Below are positions 48,439 to 58,667 of a DNA stretch of 64,000 nucleotides, piece after piece (the first letter of the stretch is position 1; each line of letters starts with the position of its first letter). The notes under the pieces are model-generated. The model did not search any database and was not told the origin of the DNA. It saw only the letters and a list, made by a program, of their open reading frames with translations. A program made the translations under genes and the position numbers. Source of the DNA: an uncultured Gammaproteobacteria bacterium (GTDB lineage: Bacteria > Patescibacteriota > Microgenomatia > Levybacterales > UBA12049). The stretch is taken from assembly GCA_964564035.1 (NCBI GenBank), contig CAZLZN010000001.1, forward strand, positions 14,845 through 78,844, given 5' to 3'.

Positions 48439-48465
48439 TTAGCAATCAAATTTGTCAAGTGCTAA
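48439..48465 (-). promoter_or_regulatory. CIRCE operator of clpB
   Basis: TTAGCAATC-N9-AAGTGCTAA. Confidence 0.88.
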
Positions 48466-48513
48466 TATCATAGTTTGACATATATAAAACATTTATGTTA
48501 TCAAATATATAGA

Positions 48514-50790
48514 GTGGAAAATAATACTCAAAACAAAGACAAACAACCGTCAGTCATATCTACCTCCGGATCGCGCAAAAAACTATTTATTTTAGCAGGA
48601 CTTGTTGTAATTATATTAATAATTTTAGGTTTTGTTTTCTTTAGCAATACCGGTATAAATAATAACAGCGCTAAAAACCAAGCCCAAAACTCCCCCTCAA
48701 ATACGATAGAACAAAACCGGACCAACAACAACACCAATACCCAGGTAAACAATCAAAATAAATTAATACCCGATCTGATCTATGGTGTATGGAGCGGAGA
48801 AAATTCAGTTATCAAAAGCTACAATTTCGCGTCGGGAGATACCCGTATACTGGCAAACCTGCCTCAGGATATTAAAAAAGTGAGCATTTTATCACCAAGC
48901 TCACTCATATATATAGATAAAACCAACGACCGCGATCATGGCTCCACAATATCAATGTACAATACGCAGACCAAACAAAGCCGTATCATATATACTGCTT
49001 CAGCCGGATATGGAATTGATGATTATGTTCTCTCACAAAATAAAAAATATATTTCTACCTGGGAAGTTGCGTTTGCCCCGAACTCGTCAGTTATGGCCGG
49101 CGGCAAATCTAGACTATTTGTCATAAATATAGATCAGCCGGACATAAAAAATATGCTTTACGACGAAACAGCAGACAAACCGGTACATTACCCGAGGATG
49201 GTTATGAATAATGGAAATGTTCTCGCGGATACATTCATGCCCAATGATCCTATCGGTGGAACAGGATGGGCATACGGCATGAGTCTTGCAAGTTTTGACG
49301 GTAAACAAAAAAAAGACCTTGATACCATGAAAGCCGGAACATACGGCACCCAGCCTGAACCGACTCTTGACGGTAATTATCTGGTTTTTGCGGGATATGA
49401 CGGCAAAAACGGCCCTGGAGAAGCTGTCGTAAATGGATTCAGACAATCGATCCTGACGCCGAACACAATAGAGCTTCTTGATACTAAGACATTTACCCGC
49501 AGTAAAATAGCGCTATTTAACAATGAAGACATTTATAGTACAGCCGGTGTGGATAAAGCTTCAGGACAAATTTTGGTTACTGCTATTTCAAAAAATCTAA
49601 ACGATATGGGCCTGTACCGTTATGACCTATCTAAACAAACCAAAACCAAAGTTGACTTGGATGCGACCAATATTACCGGACTCACGCTGGTTTCCCTCAT
49701 ACCGGACAATCAACTACTCTTGGCAAGCACTCAGGATTCAAATGTATCAATCAGTAATCTTGGTGAAAACTATGCACCAAACCTTTTACAACTTTATAAA
49801 TTTGCAGATGGCAAAACGGAAGTACTCAAACTTCCCGATACCATTATGCAATTTATAACATTTTTACCTATCGATAATGATCTCGTACTGGGGAGTAACG
49901 ACCGGAAAGTATTATCGGAGACTGCAGCTCCAACAAGTATTATTTATTTTGATGAAAAATCAAACAAAAATAAAGAAAGCCTTCAGCTTCACAGTTTCTT
50001 TGTAAAATTAAATCTTGGCCAAAGCAGACTAAGTCAGCAATCGGATAATACTGAAGTGGATGAAGCAACTAGAAAATTATTCGGTGATGACCGGCAAACC
50101 GGAACCAGATGCAGAGACTTAGCGGCCGCCCAATGTTCATCACAAGGATACCAGCCGGACACGACGGAATTCAAGCAATGCCAAATTAGAACCATGGTAA
50201 CAATTAAAACATCGTCGATGAACAATGGCGGAGGTTCATCTGCTGTTTGCTACGACTCACCCCTGTATCTATATGGACCCAAAGGACAACAGGTGCAAGT
50301 AAACATCAATACTCCTGTTTATAATAGCTTCCCTGAATACAAAAACGGTTACAATATAACTTTAGACAACAACAACTTACAAATAAATGGTAAATCATAC
50401 GAAAGTATAAAATATGATTATATTCCGCAAACCTTGGTTAAGCCTGATATGTCATCCGGAAGAATAGTTACCGCTGAGAAAGTAAAAGATGTGCTCGAAG
50501 ATTATTCAAACAAACTAGGATTAAATGAAAAAGAGACCCAGGATCTATTATTTTATGCGGCACAAAAAATCACCAAACCCTTCGTCTTCGTATCCTTCTA
50601 TCCTCATGAAATATCATCCAAAATTCTTCCTATTTCTTTCATGCCGCAACCCGACAATTACCTGAACATTATTTTCTACTTCAAGCAGTTCGATAAATAT
50701 CCGTTTATAAGCGTATCTGATCCGGTATTCCCGCCGCCTCTGGACCGCACCGGCTTCACCGCCGTTGAAATTAGTGGAGTTGTTGAATAA
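48514..50790 (+). CDS. Large membrane-anchored extracellular protein (beta-propeller-like region plus C-terminal PxYLY domain)
   Basis: N-terminal TM, Asn-rich linker, beta-rich repeats, four Cys, SPLYLYG...LGLNEKE. The ORF-track TTG is part of TTGACA. Confidence 0.65.
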   Translation: MENNTQNKDKQPSVISTSGSRKKLFILAGLVVIILIILGFVFFSNTGINNNSAKNQAQNSPSNTIEQNRTNNNTNTQVNNQNKLIPDLIYGVWSGENSVIKSYNFASGDTRILANLPQDIKKVSILSPSSLIYIDKTNDRDHGSTISMYNTQTKQSRIIYTASAGYGIDDYVLSQNKKYISTWEVAFAPNSSVMAGGKSRLFVINIDQPDIKNMLYDETADKPVHYPRMVMNNGNVLADTFMPNDPIGGTGWAYGMSLASFDGKQKKDLDTMKAGTYGTQPEPTLDGNYLVFAGYDGKNGPGEAVVNGFRQSILTPNTIELLDTKTFTRSKIALFNNEDIYSTAGVDKASGQILVTAISKNLNDMGLYRYDLSKQTKTKVDLDATNITGLTLVSLIPDNQLLLASTQDSNVSISNLGENYAPNLLQLYKFADGKTEVLKLPDTIMQFITFLPIDNDLVLGSNDRKVLSETAAPTSIIYFDEKSNKNKESLQLHSFFVKLNLGQSRLSQQSDNTEVDEATRKLFGDDRQTGTRCRDLAAAQCSSQGYQPDTTEFKQCQIRTMVTIKTSSMNNGGGSSAVCYDSPLYLYGPKGQQVQVNINTPVYNSFPEYKNGYNITLDNNNLQINGKSYESIKYDYIPQTLVKPDMSSGRIVTAEKVKDVLEDYSNKLGLNEKETQDLLFYAAQKITKPFVFVSFYPHEISSKILPISFMPQPDNYLNIIFYFKQFDKYPFISVSDPVFPPPLDRTGFTAVEISGVVE

Positions 50791-50915
50791 GCATTATAAA
50801 CCTCGAATATATTGACTCTACAAAACAAACTGTTACTGCAGCTCATGACCCGTTGGAGAAATGTTGGTATTGTCAAATACCGACAACAAGAGTATAATCT
50901 GATCTCTTTATATTT

Positions 50916-51749
50916 ATGAGCAAAGAACGTAGCTTACCCGTACCCCACAATCCTGATTGGGGCATGCAACGAGCCCCACTGCTTGAAAGAGATAGTGACT
51001 TCAATAACGCATACTTTAAATATTTAAGAAACACCAGTGAATCCCATGTTCACAATAGAAACCCACAGGAGCCTCGTGCCCTTATGTGCATGGACGAAGG
51101 CATTACACCGCCTGCGCAATCAACAATTCGTGTAGCCGGACCTGTTCCGTTTTTTACGAGAACCAAGGAGACTTTATTGGAAGCGGTTGTTCAAGGCAAA
51201 GTGGTAATTAGTACAATATATAGCCATGATCACTGCGGAGCAATGGGATACAATATGAAAGCCCTTGATCAAGAAGATTACAATCCGAATATCGTTGGGA
51301 AAGCTATGGCGAGATATTTTCAAGACAGAATTAGAAAAGCTCTTTACAGAGAACAGTCCAGTAGCGCTCAGGAAAATGAGCTTGCGTATGGAGGACATCT
51401 TCCGATCACAAGAAGGCCAAGAAACAAACACACTGGTCAGATAATATACTTTGATAACCGAATAAACGGTCTTGACCCGGCCCTTATACCCGGATTGCGC
51501 CCTGGCTTTACAATTAGTCGACGAATTGTCGGCGAGCACGCATCGTATGAATATGCAACAGTTGCACTTGATATTGCATTCAACGCCCAACATTTAGGAA
51601 ATGAACTGGACGAGAAACATCCATTTTATCTTGTAGGATTAGCTCAAGACGAAAGAGATACAAAAAAAATAAAGGGTGAACTTGATGACATAAGGCGCTC
51701 ACATCTCAACGATAAGGACAGGATGCAGGTCAAAATCATTACCGTCTAA
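50916..51749 (+). CDS. Hypothetical protein with beta-carbonic-anhydrase-like metal ligands
   Basis: CMDEG and SHDHCGA resemble CxDxR...HxxC. Confidence 0.5.
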   Translation: MSKERSLPVPHNPDWGMQRAPLLERDSDFNNAYFKYLRNTSESHVHNRNPQEPRALMCMDEGITPPAQSTIRVAGPVPFFTRTKETLLEAVVQGKVVISTIYSHDHCGAMGYNMKALDQEDYNPNIVGKAMARYFQDRIRKALYREQSSSAQENELAYGGHLPITRRPRNKHTGQIIYFDNRINGLDPALIPGLRPGFTISRRIVGEHASYEYATVALDIAFNAQHLGNELDEKHPFYLVGLAQDERDTKKIKGELDDIRRSHLNDKDRMQVKIITV

Positions 51750-51752
51750 AAT

Positions 51753-52763
51753 CTACAGCTTCCTGATCTCCTCCTCCACGAAACCATCCAACTCGCCGCC
51801 CAAAACACCCTCCGTATCTGACGACTCAAATCCCGTCCTCAGATCCTTGACCATTCTGTACGGATGCAAAACATATGACCTGATCTGATTTCCCCAGCCC
51901 GGAGTTTTATATGCACCCTTCAGCTTCGCTTCCTGTTTTCGTCTCTCTTCCTCCTGCAGGAGCCAAAGCTTAGCGCTAAGCAGCTTCATAGCAAACTCCC
52001 TGTTCTGCGCCTGAAATCTCTGCGTCTGTGCAGTTACCACGATGCCTGTCGGCATATGCTTGAGCCTTACCGCGGTCGACACCTTATTCACATTCTGCCC
52101 CCCATGTCCGCCGCTTCTAAACGCCTCAAATTCAATATCATCCTCCTTTATCACAACCCCTGTACTCTGATCAATATCAGGCAGTACCTCAACCAAAGCA
52201 AAAGACGTTTGTCTCAGGCTATCGGCGTTGTAAGGCGACAGCCTCACAAGCCGGTGTACTCCTGCCTCATGCTTCAAATGCCCATACGCATAATTCCCCT
52301 TTATCTCAATAACTATGCTCTTGAGCCCTGCCTCGTCTCCCGGCGTTTGCTCGACAATTTCATACTTCCAGCCTTTTCTCTCACAATACCTCGTATACAT
52401 CCGAAAAAGCATCTCCGCCCAGTCCATGGCCTCGGTCCCACCCTGACCGGAATGAATTGACAATATAACCCCGTCCTTGTCGTGGACAGACGAAAAATAA
52501 AGCAGTGTCTCAAGCTTCTTAAGCAGACTCTCCGCCTCCTTATACTCCCCCTCATCGATCCACAACTGCAAAAGCTCTATCTCCTCAACTTCTTTTTGGA
52601 GATCAGACATCTCTTTCATCTTGCGCGCGGCTGTCTGGTGATCCTGCCAGAAATTAACATGCATACTCTCCGCCTCAAGCTCGCGGATCTTTTTACGCTT
52701 GCCGTCAGCATCAACAACCTCAATCAGCTTACGGCATCGGTCTACCAAAACATCTTTTTCCAT
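51753..52763 (-). CDS. prfB: Peptide chain release factor 2
   Basis: [36 protein letters not shown]. Confidence 0.96.
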   Translation of the reverse strand: MEKDVLVDRCRKLIEVVDADGKRKKIRELEAESMHVNFWQDHQTAARKMKEMSDLQKEVEEIELLQLWIDEGEYKEAESLLKKLETLLYFSSVHDKDGVILSIHSGQGGTEAMDWAEMLFRMYTRYCERKGWKYEIVEQTPGDEAGLKSIVIEIKGNYAYGHLKHEAGVHRLVRLSPYNADSLRQTSFALVEVLPDIDQSTGVVIKEDDIEFEAFRSGGHGGQNVNKVSTAVRLKHMPTGIVVTAQTQRFQAQNREFAMKLLSAKLWLLQEEERRKQEAKLKGAYKTPGWGNQIRSYVLHPYRMVKDLRTGFESSDTEGVLGGELDGFVEEEIRKL

Positions 52764-52822
52764 AATATTTACATTATACCCTAGAAAAGATTTGTTTTCT
52801 TATTGAAGAGAAGCGGTAAAAA

Positions 52823-53167
52823 TTACTTATTATTTAAAAATCCCTCAGCTTGAGCTTTTATATACTCCTGAAATCCCCTGAAGTCCTCGGCTATTTTTTG
52901 CCCGCGGTTTACAATATTTACAAGATCCGATACTTTCAAATTCAACGCTTCACCCTGAACTTTTTTAACACCTTCATCAATATCGGATTTGATCTGCCCG
53001 GTCACATCCTGTGCTTTTTCGGTACCAATTCCTTTTACATCCGGAAGCGACTTATTTTGCGGTAAATAAGTTAGAATATTATTTCGAATCGCAGGCTGAT
53101 TATAAAGAAGTATCCCCCCGCCGATGACAATAAAAAGTAAACACAGAGATATAAACTTGAGCAGCAT
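52823..53167 (-). CDS. Membrane-anchored hypothetical protein
   Basis: N-terminal hydrophobic helix; colinear downstream of tkt. Confidence 0.7.
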   Translation of the reverse strand: MLLKFISLCLLFIVIGGGILLYNQPAIRNNILTYLPQNKSLPDVKGIGTEKAQDVTGQIKSDIDEGVKKVQGEALNLKVSDLVNIVNRGQKIAEDFRGFQEYIKAQAEGFLNNK

Positions 53168-53174
53168 AACTTTT

Positions 53175-55022
53175 TTACTTAATCAACTTTTTCACTCTCT
53201 TAACAATATGTTTCGCGCTTATACCGGCGTTATCCAGAAGCTCATCTGCTGTGCCGGACGTTGAGATTTCCTTGACCGCCATTTTCACGACCTGCGCCCC
53301 GCTTCCCGATACCCCGTCCAGTACAAAATCCCCAAGCCCACCGTGTTCAAAATGATCCTCGACTGTCAAAATTATTTTCTTTTTCGTCTCACCCACTGCT
53401 TTTGTTAGCGTTTTCGCGTCGATCGGCTTTATACTGTAGCAATCGATTATCCTAACATTAATCCCTTCTTTTTCAAGCTCTTCATATGCTTTTAACGCCT
53501 CAAATACAGTTATACCTGCGCATGCAATCGTCAACAGGTCCTTTCCGGACCTTCTCAGAACTTTGGATCCTCCTATTTCAAACTTATCATTTTTATCATA
53601 AACGATAGGTGTTTTTGGTCTAAGTGTTCTCAGATATGAGATGCCATTATGCTGTGTTAGGAGAGGCATTAATTTTGCCGTAGACTCCCCATCGCTCGGA
53701 TGAAGAACAATCGACCCGGGAATGGCGCCAAATATCGCGAAATCCTCAAGCGCCATTTGTGACGGCCCGTCCTCGCCAATAGATACACCCGCGTGCGAAC
53801 CGCATATTTTCAAGTTAGCTCCTCCTATTGCAGCGACTCTGATCTGGTCAGTTGCTCTCGTCAAAAAAGCCCCGAACGAAGAAATGAAAGGAATCTTTCC
53901 CAGTCTCTGTAATCCGACTCCGATGCCGATCATGTTTTGCTCTGCTATAAAACACTCGACAAATCTGTCCGGATAAACTTTCAAAAATTCCTGAGAATAT
54001 GTAGAATTCTTGACTTCCGCATCAAGCGCGAAAACATTACTGTTAGCTTCTCCGATTTTTACCAGCACTTGCCCATAAACTTCCCGCGTAGCATAATTTT
54101 TGGATTTATCAAGCTCCGGCAATTTGACTTTGCCTTCTGCACCGGACTGTTTCACCGCAACGGTTTTAACAGGCTTTTTAAGTGTAAACTTCAAATTTTC
54201 ATCAACATCTCCCAATTCTTTCAAAGCAGTCTCAAGCTCATCTTTCTTGAGCGGCTTACCATGCCAACCCGATTTATCCTGAAGAAACGATATTCCGCTT
54301 CCTTTAAAAGTTTTCGCGACAATCACAAAAGGCTTGCCGCTTTTGTTGCTGACAGCCAGCTTAAATGCACGATCTGCTTCATATAAATTATTCCCGTCTA
54401 TTGCGATTACCTCAAACCCGAAAGCCCTGAATCTGTTAATATACTCATCAACCTGATGTCCGAACATAGCCTCCTGACTTTGCCCCAGCCTGTTTATGTC
54501 AGCAATTGCGATCAGATTATCAAGCTTATTAAAGCTCGCGAAATTACAAGCCTCCCAAATTTGACCCTCCGCAAGCTCTCCGTCTCCGAGAAATACATAA
54601 GTATTAAAGGGCAAACCCTCACGTTTCGCGAGTAAGGCCATTCCCGCTCCGACTGACAATCCCTGCCCGAGCGATCCTGTCGCTGCCTCGGCATAAGGAT
54701 AAAGCCTTGTATTAGGATGCCCCTCATATATACTGCCGAGTTTGCGAAGCGTCATCAGATCCCGAAGCGGATAAGCGCCTGCCATACCAAAAAGCGTATA
54801 TAGAAGCGGAGCCGCATGTCCCTTGGACAAAACGATTCGATCGTTATAAATATTTAATGGATTTTTTACATCGTATGTAAAATATCTATCGAATAATACG
54901 GTTCCCAAATCGGCCGCGGAAAGACACGAAGTGGGATGACCCGAACCTGCTTCGGTTGTAGATACCAAACACCATTTCCTGACCAATTTTGCTTTATCTG
55001 CCAGATCGCCCAAACTCTTCAT
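53175..55022 (-). CDS. tkt: Transketolase
   Basis: SGHPTS, SKGHA, TGSLGQG, GDGE..EG..WEA, GEDGPSQ. Confidence 0.95.
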   Translation of the reverse strand: MKSLGDLADKAKLVRKWCLVSTTEAGSGHPTSCLSAADLGTVLFDRYFTYDVKNPLNIYNDRIVLSKGHAAPLLYTLFGMAGAYPLRDLMTLRKLGSIYEGHPNTRLYPYAEAATGSLGQGLSVGAGMALLAKREGLPFNTYVFLGDGELAEGQIWEACNFASFNKLDNLIAIADINRLGQSQEAMFGHQVDEYINRFRAFGFEVIAIDGNNLYEADRAFKLAVSNKSGKPFVIVAKTFKGSGISFLQDKSGWHGKPLKKDELETALKELGDVDENLKFTLKKPVKTVAVKQSGAEGKVKLPELDKSKNYATREVYGQVLVKIGEANSNVFALDAEVKNSTYSQEFLKVYPDRFVECFIAEQNMIGIGVGLQRLGKIPFISSFGAFLTRATDQIRVAAIGGANLKICGSHAGVSIGEDGPSQMALEDFAIFGAIPGSIVLHPSDGESTAKLMPLLTQHNGISYLRTLRPKTPIVYDKNDKFEIGGSKVLRRSGKDLLTIACAGITVFEALKAYEELEKEGINVRIIDCYSIKPIDAKTLTKAVGETKKKIILTVEDHFEHGGLGDFVLDGVSGSGAQVVKMAVKEISTSGTADELLDNAGISAKHIVKRVKKLIK

Positions 55023-55106
55023 GAAGGAACTTTACTATAGACCAAGATATAAAGTCAAGTATCTCCTGAATTTGTTTTTTACACAAAATTCTGATATACA
55101 AATAAT

Positions 55107-56072
55107 GTGGAAAATTCGATGATTATAATCGACAGAATATACGGAAAGTACAAAATCGATAACCCCCTGTTGATTGACCTTATAAATTCGGCACCGGTTC
55201 AGAGATTGAAAAAAATTGCTCAATACGGCATACCCGACAAATACTACCACCTCACAAACTATTACCGCTTTGAACACAGTATTGGAGTCATGATACTTCT
55301 CAAAAGACTTGGCGCCGGAATTGAAGAACAGGCCGCGGGGCTCCTTCACGATGTCTCTCATACTGCCTTTTCTCATTTGATCGATTGGGTCGTCGGGGAC
55401 GGTACCAAAGAAGACTTTCAGGATGATCAGCACGAAAAATTTTTCTCTAATTCGATTTTGCCGGGTATTATCAAAAAACATGGGTTTGACCCGCAAAAAA
55501 TCTCAAACTACAAAAACTTTACGCTCTTAGAGCAGGAAATACCGGATCTTTGTGCTGACCGCGTCGATTATTCACTGCGCGAGTTCAATCCTGAACTGGT
55601 AAAACAAATACTCCCCGCGTTAAGCGCGTACAAAGGCAAAATAGTATTTACCAATCCCAAACCCGCGTCCCTATTTGCATATTCATTTTTGGAAAAACAG
55701 GAGAGCCACTGGGGAGGATTCGAGGCTGTAACCAGGTACAAATATTTTTCAAAACTTCTCAAAACTGCTTTGGCGGAAAAAGTAATTACCGAACAAGACT
55801 TTTGGCAAACAGACACCCTGATAATTAACAAACTGGAAAAATCCAAAAACACAAATATCCGCGAGCTTTTAAGATCCATGTCGAATAAATCTCTTGAAAA
55901 ATTTCCGCTTAGCGGAAAAATATTTCACAAAAAATTCAGACACACCGATCCGCGCGTACTCATAAACGGCAAACTGAAAAAACTAAGTACGATCGATAAA
56001 AACTTCTCCAACCTGCTGTCAACCGCCAAAAAACACAACAAAGACGGCATCCAAATCCCGATTTTGCCCTAA
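55107..56072 (+). CDS. HD-domain phosphohydrolase (dNTPase-like)
   Basis: VQRLKKI.Q, RFEHSIG, LLHDVSHTAFSH, ADRVDY. Confidence 0.88.
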   Translation: MENSMIIIDRIYGKYKIDNPLLIDLINSAPVQRLKKIAQYGIPDKYYHLTNYYRFEHSIGVMILLKRLGAGIEEQAAGLLHDVSHTAFSHLIDWVVGDGTKEDFQDDQHEKFFSNSILPGIIKKHGFDPQKISNYKNFTLLEQEIPDLCADRVDYSLREFNPELVKQILPALSAYKGKIVFTNPKPASLFAYSFLEKQESHWGGFEAVTRYKYFSKLLKTALAEKVITEQDFWQTDTLIINKLEKSKNTNIRELLRSMSNKSLEKFPLSGKIFHKKFRHTDPRVLINGKLKKLSTIDKNFSNLLSTAKKHNKDGIQIPILP

Positions 56073-56087
56073 AAAAAGCATCACCAT

Positions 56088-56294
56088 CTACACGTTTTTC
56101 TCCCATGCGGCAATCGATGAATGGGCCTCATCCGGAGTCAAGATCTTGACGATTATTCCCATTTGCACCATCACATAATCTCCGACGCTTACAGGATCGG
56201 CGCCGATGAGAGCCTTCCTGCTCTCCGTGCCGTACTGAACCAGCGCTGTCCTTCCATCAACTTTTATGACTTTACCCGGTGCCGCAATACACAT
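56088..56294 (-). CDS. hypC: Hydrogenase maturation chaperone HypC
   Basis: MCIAAPG, VGDYVMVQMG. Confidence 0.9.
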   Translation of the reverse strand: MCIAAPGKVIKVDGRTALVQYGTESRKALIGADPVSVGDYVMVQMGIIVKILTPDEAHSSIAAWEKNV

Positions 56295-56299
56295 AAAAT

Positions 56300-56381
56300 A
56301 ATTCAGAATTTAAAATTCAGAATTCAGAATTTCTCAACTTTTGATATTCTTAATTATTGAATTCTAAATTCTAAAATTTTG
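56300..56381. repeat. AATTCAG-type heptamer element, partly inverted
   Basis: aattcagaatttaaaattcagaattcagaa...gaattctaaattctaaa; same unit as in hisH. Confidence 0.7.
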
Positions 56382-56411
56382 TAAAATATGTTATGATTAT
56401 ATCATCTTTGT

Positions 56412-56918
56412 ATGGATCAGCAGACAGCTCAAAATAAAAAACTCGTTATCGGTTGGTTCTCGTTTACCTGCTGTGAAGACAGTACAATTCTCCTCACCGA
56501 ACTCCTCAATGACAATTTACTCGAATGGAAAAAACTGGTCGAGTTTAGACACCTCAAAGCACTCAAAACAAAAAACTCAATGGAAGGACTTGATGTCGCT
56601 TTTATCGAAGGCGCGGTTTCATCAGATTCCCAGGCGGAAGAGGTCAAAAAAATCAGAAACAATGCCAAATATGTAGTCGCGATCGGCTCCTGTGCCTGCA
56701 CAGGGATGCCCTCAGCGTCCAGAAACGCCTTTGTCAGCGAGCAAATAAACGACAAAATCAAATGGTATATGAGCCAGTTCAGCTATAGCGACAAAGTCCG
56801 CAAGCTCGAAGAGGTCATAACTGTCGACGACAAAGTCCAGGGCTGCCCCATGAGCGCATCATCTTTTATCGAAACTTTGACGAAATACTTAAAGCAATTT
56901 AATATAATAGCGGTTTAA
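56412..56918 (+). CDS. [NiFe]-hydrogenase small subunit (short, HoxY/group 3-like)
   Basis: FTCCEDS, DVAFIEGAV, AIGSCACTG, VQGCP; 168 aa. Confidence 0.85.
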   Translation: MDQQTAQNKKLVIGWFSFTCCEDSTILLTELLNDNLLEWKKLVEFRHLKALKTKNSMEGLDVAFIEGAVSSDSQAEEVKKIRNNAKYVVAIGSCACTGMPSASRNAFVSEQINDKIKWYMSQFSYSDKVRKLEEVITVDDKVQGCPMSASSFIETLTKYLKQFNIIAV

Positions 56919-56960
56919 CAAAAATAAAAAAACCTTTATACTTAATACTTAATACAAATT

Positions 56961-58265
56961 ATGCACAGCGCCGATATAACAATCGAAAATATAACCAAAA
57001 TAGAAGGTAACGCCAGCTTGAAAGTAACGATCGAAAACGATTCTGTAAAACAACTTCAGTTTATAATCTCGGACTACCGCCGCTTCTACACAACAGCAGT
57101 CAAAGGCAAACCATTCATGACAGTCCCTTCATTCCTGTCCAGAATCTGCGGCACCTGCTCGGTAGCGCATTTATTTGCCTCAATAAAAGCTATAGAGCGG
57201 TCTCAGGGCATCGAAGTCTCCGAACAGACCAAGCTTCTCCGCGCCTTAGCGTATGACGGCCTTATGATCCGCGATCATGCACTGCATTTATACTTCTTCG
57301 TTTTACCCGATATTCTCGGAATTGATTCAATCCTCGACATTCCGGACGATGACAACAATCCCGGCCATATTCTTCTTCACGATTCCTTTGACATAAAACG
57401 CCTTGGCACAGATATCACAAACGTGATTATAGGAGCCGCGATCCACGCGCCCTTCCCGACGATCGGAGGATTCCTCAAAAACCCCGATCCATCCAAATTC
57501 CCCGAACTGATCCAAAGACTTGAAGCCATCCGGCCGCAGGTACTTCGCGGCATTAAAACCTTCTATGACTGGAACGCGTCATTGATTCGCAATTCCAACT
57601 ACTTAGGGCTTCGCAGTGAAAAAAAATTCGACTTTCTGGAAGGCGACGTATTCAATTCCAACGGCAGACTTATCGCGCAAAATGATTTCAAGAATTATCT
57701 CAGGTACGTCCAAATTCCCTATTCACAAGCTGAGGGTTATGAATTCTCCGACACACAAAAAGACTACCTTGCCGGCTCATTAGCGAGAATAAACCTCAAT
57801 AAAGACCTCCTTCACGAACGTACCAAAAAAGATGCAGCCGAGTATATCGCGGCTTTCCCCTCTAACAATATCTATCACAATAATCTCGCACAGGCAATAG
57901 AAATACTTCACTGCGTAGATGAAGCAATAGATATCTTGAAAACGATCCAAATATCACCCGATGAAAAACCCGTTCGCAAACCTCCTCAGGCAGGCGTTGG
58001 CGTCGGACTTGTCGAAGCTCCAAGAGGCATACTATATCATATGGCCAAAGTAAACGACAAAGGACTGATCGAAGACTACGACGTGATCGTACCTACAGCC
58101 CAAAACCAAATTCAAATAGAAAACGATCTCAAAGAATATTTCAACAGAAATTTAAATAAACCGGAAGAAGAACTCAGACTGGATGCTGAGAAAATTATCA
58201 GAGCCTACGACCCCTGCATGTCCTGCGCCACCAATTTCCTCAAAATCGACTGGATACGCAAATAA
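56961..58265 (+). CDS. [NiFe]-hydrogenase large subunit (group 3b-related)
   Basis: TKIEG, SRICGTC, EAPRG.L.H, VPT.QN, AYDPCMSCATN. Confidence 0.92.
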   Translation: MHSADITIENITKIEGNASLKVTIENDSVKQLQFIISDYRRFYTTAVKGKPFMTVPSFLSRICGTCSVAHLFASIKAIERSQGIEVSEQTKLLRALAYDGLMIRDHALHLYFFVLPDILGIDSILDIPDDDNNPGHILLHDSFDIKRLGTDITNVIIGAAIHAPFPTIGGFLKNPDPSKFPELIQRLEAIRPQVLRGIKTFYDWNASLIRNSNYLGLRSEKKFDFLEGDVFNSNGRLIAQNDFKNYLRYVQIPYSQAEGYEFSDTQKDYLAGSLARINLNKDLLHERTKKDAAEYIAAFPSNNIYHNNLAQAIEILHCVDEAIDILKTIQISPDEKPVRKPPQAGVGVGLVEAPRGILYHMAKVNDKGLIEDYDVIVPTAQNQIQIENDLKEYFNRNLNKPEEELRLDAEKIIRAYDPCMSCATNFLKIDWIRK

Positions 58266-58606
58266 TCCGCGCCTGTCCCCATCGGAATCCCGATAAGCGT
58301 TATCTTCCCGAGTTTACCGAGTTTTTTTAAATATTTTAATTGAAAACCCAGATCAAAATCATGAACCGATCCCCGGGGATTGTCGGTTAATTTTCCGGGA
58401 TCAAAATCATCAAATAATTCTACGCTCTCAAGCCCCTGAACGTTGTCCAGAATGACAACCCGGCTTTCACCGACAAACGGCAAATCTTCGTTTGGCTTTA
58501 CAAAAACAAAATCACACTCGCTCATAGTTTTTTTTAATTCCAATGCTGCTTTTATGGCGCCGCTGTCAATCGCCTCATCTTCATTCCCGAAAACATACAC
58601 TTTCAT
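58205..58606 (-). CDS. Hydrogenase maturation protease-like protein
   Basis: VFGN....D, VVILD.V.G, SVHD, LIGIP. Confidence 0.7.
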   Translation of the reverse strand: MKVYVFGNEDEAIDSGAIKAALELKKTMSECDFVFVKPNEDLPFVGESRVVILDNVQGLESVELFDDFDPGKLTDNPRGSVHDFDLGFQLKYLKKLGKLGKITLIGIPMGTGADYLRIQSILRKLVAQDMQGS

Positions 58607-58667
58607 ACTTGCACCATTTTACCAAAGTTGTAAATGCAAAATCGCTTAAAATGCGGTTATCCCAAAG

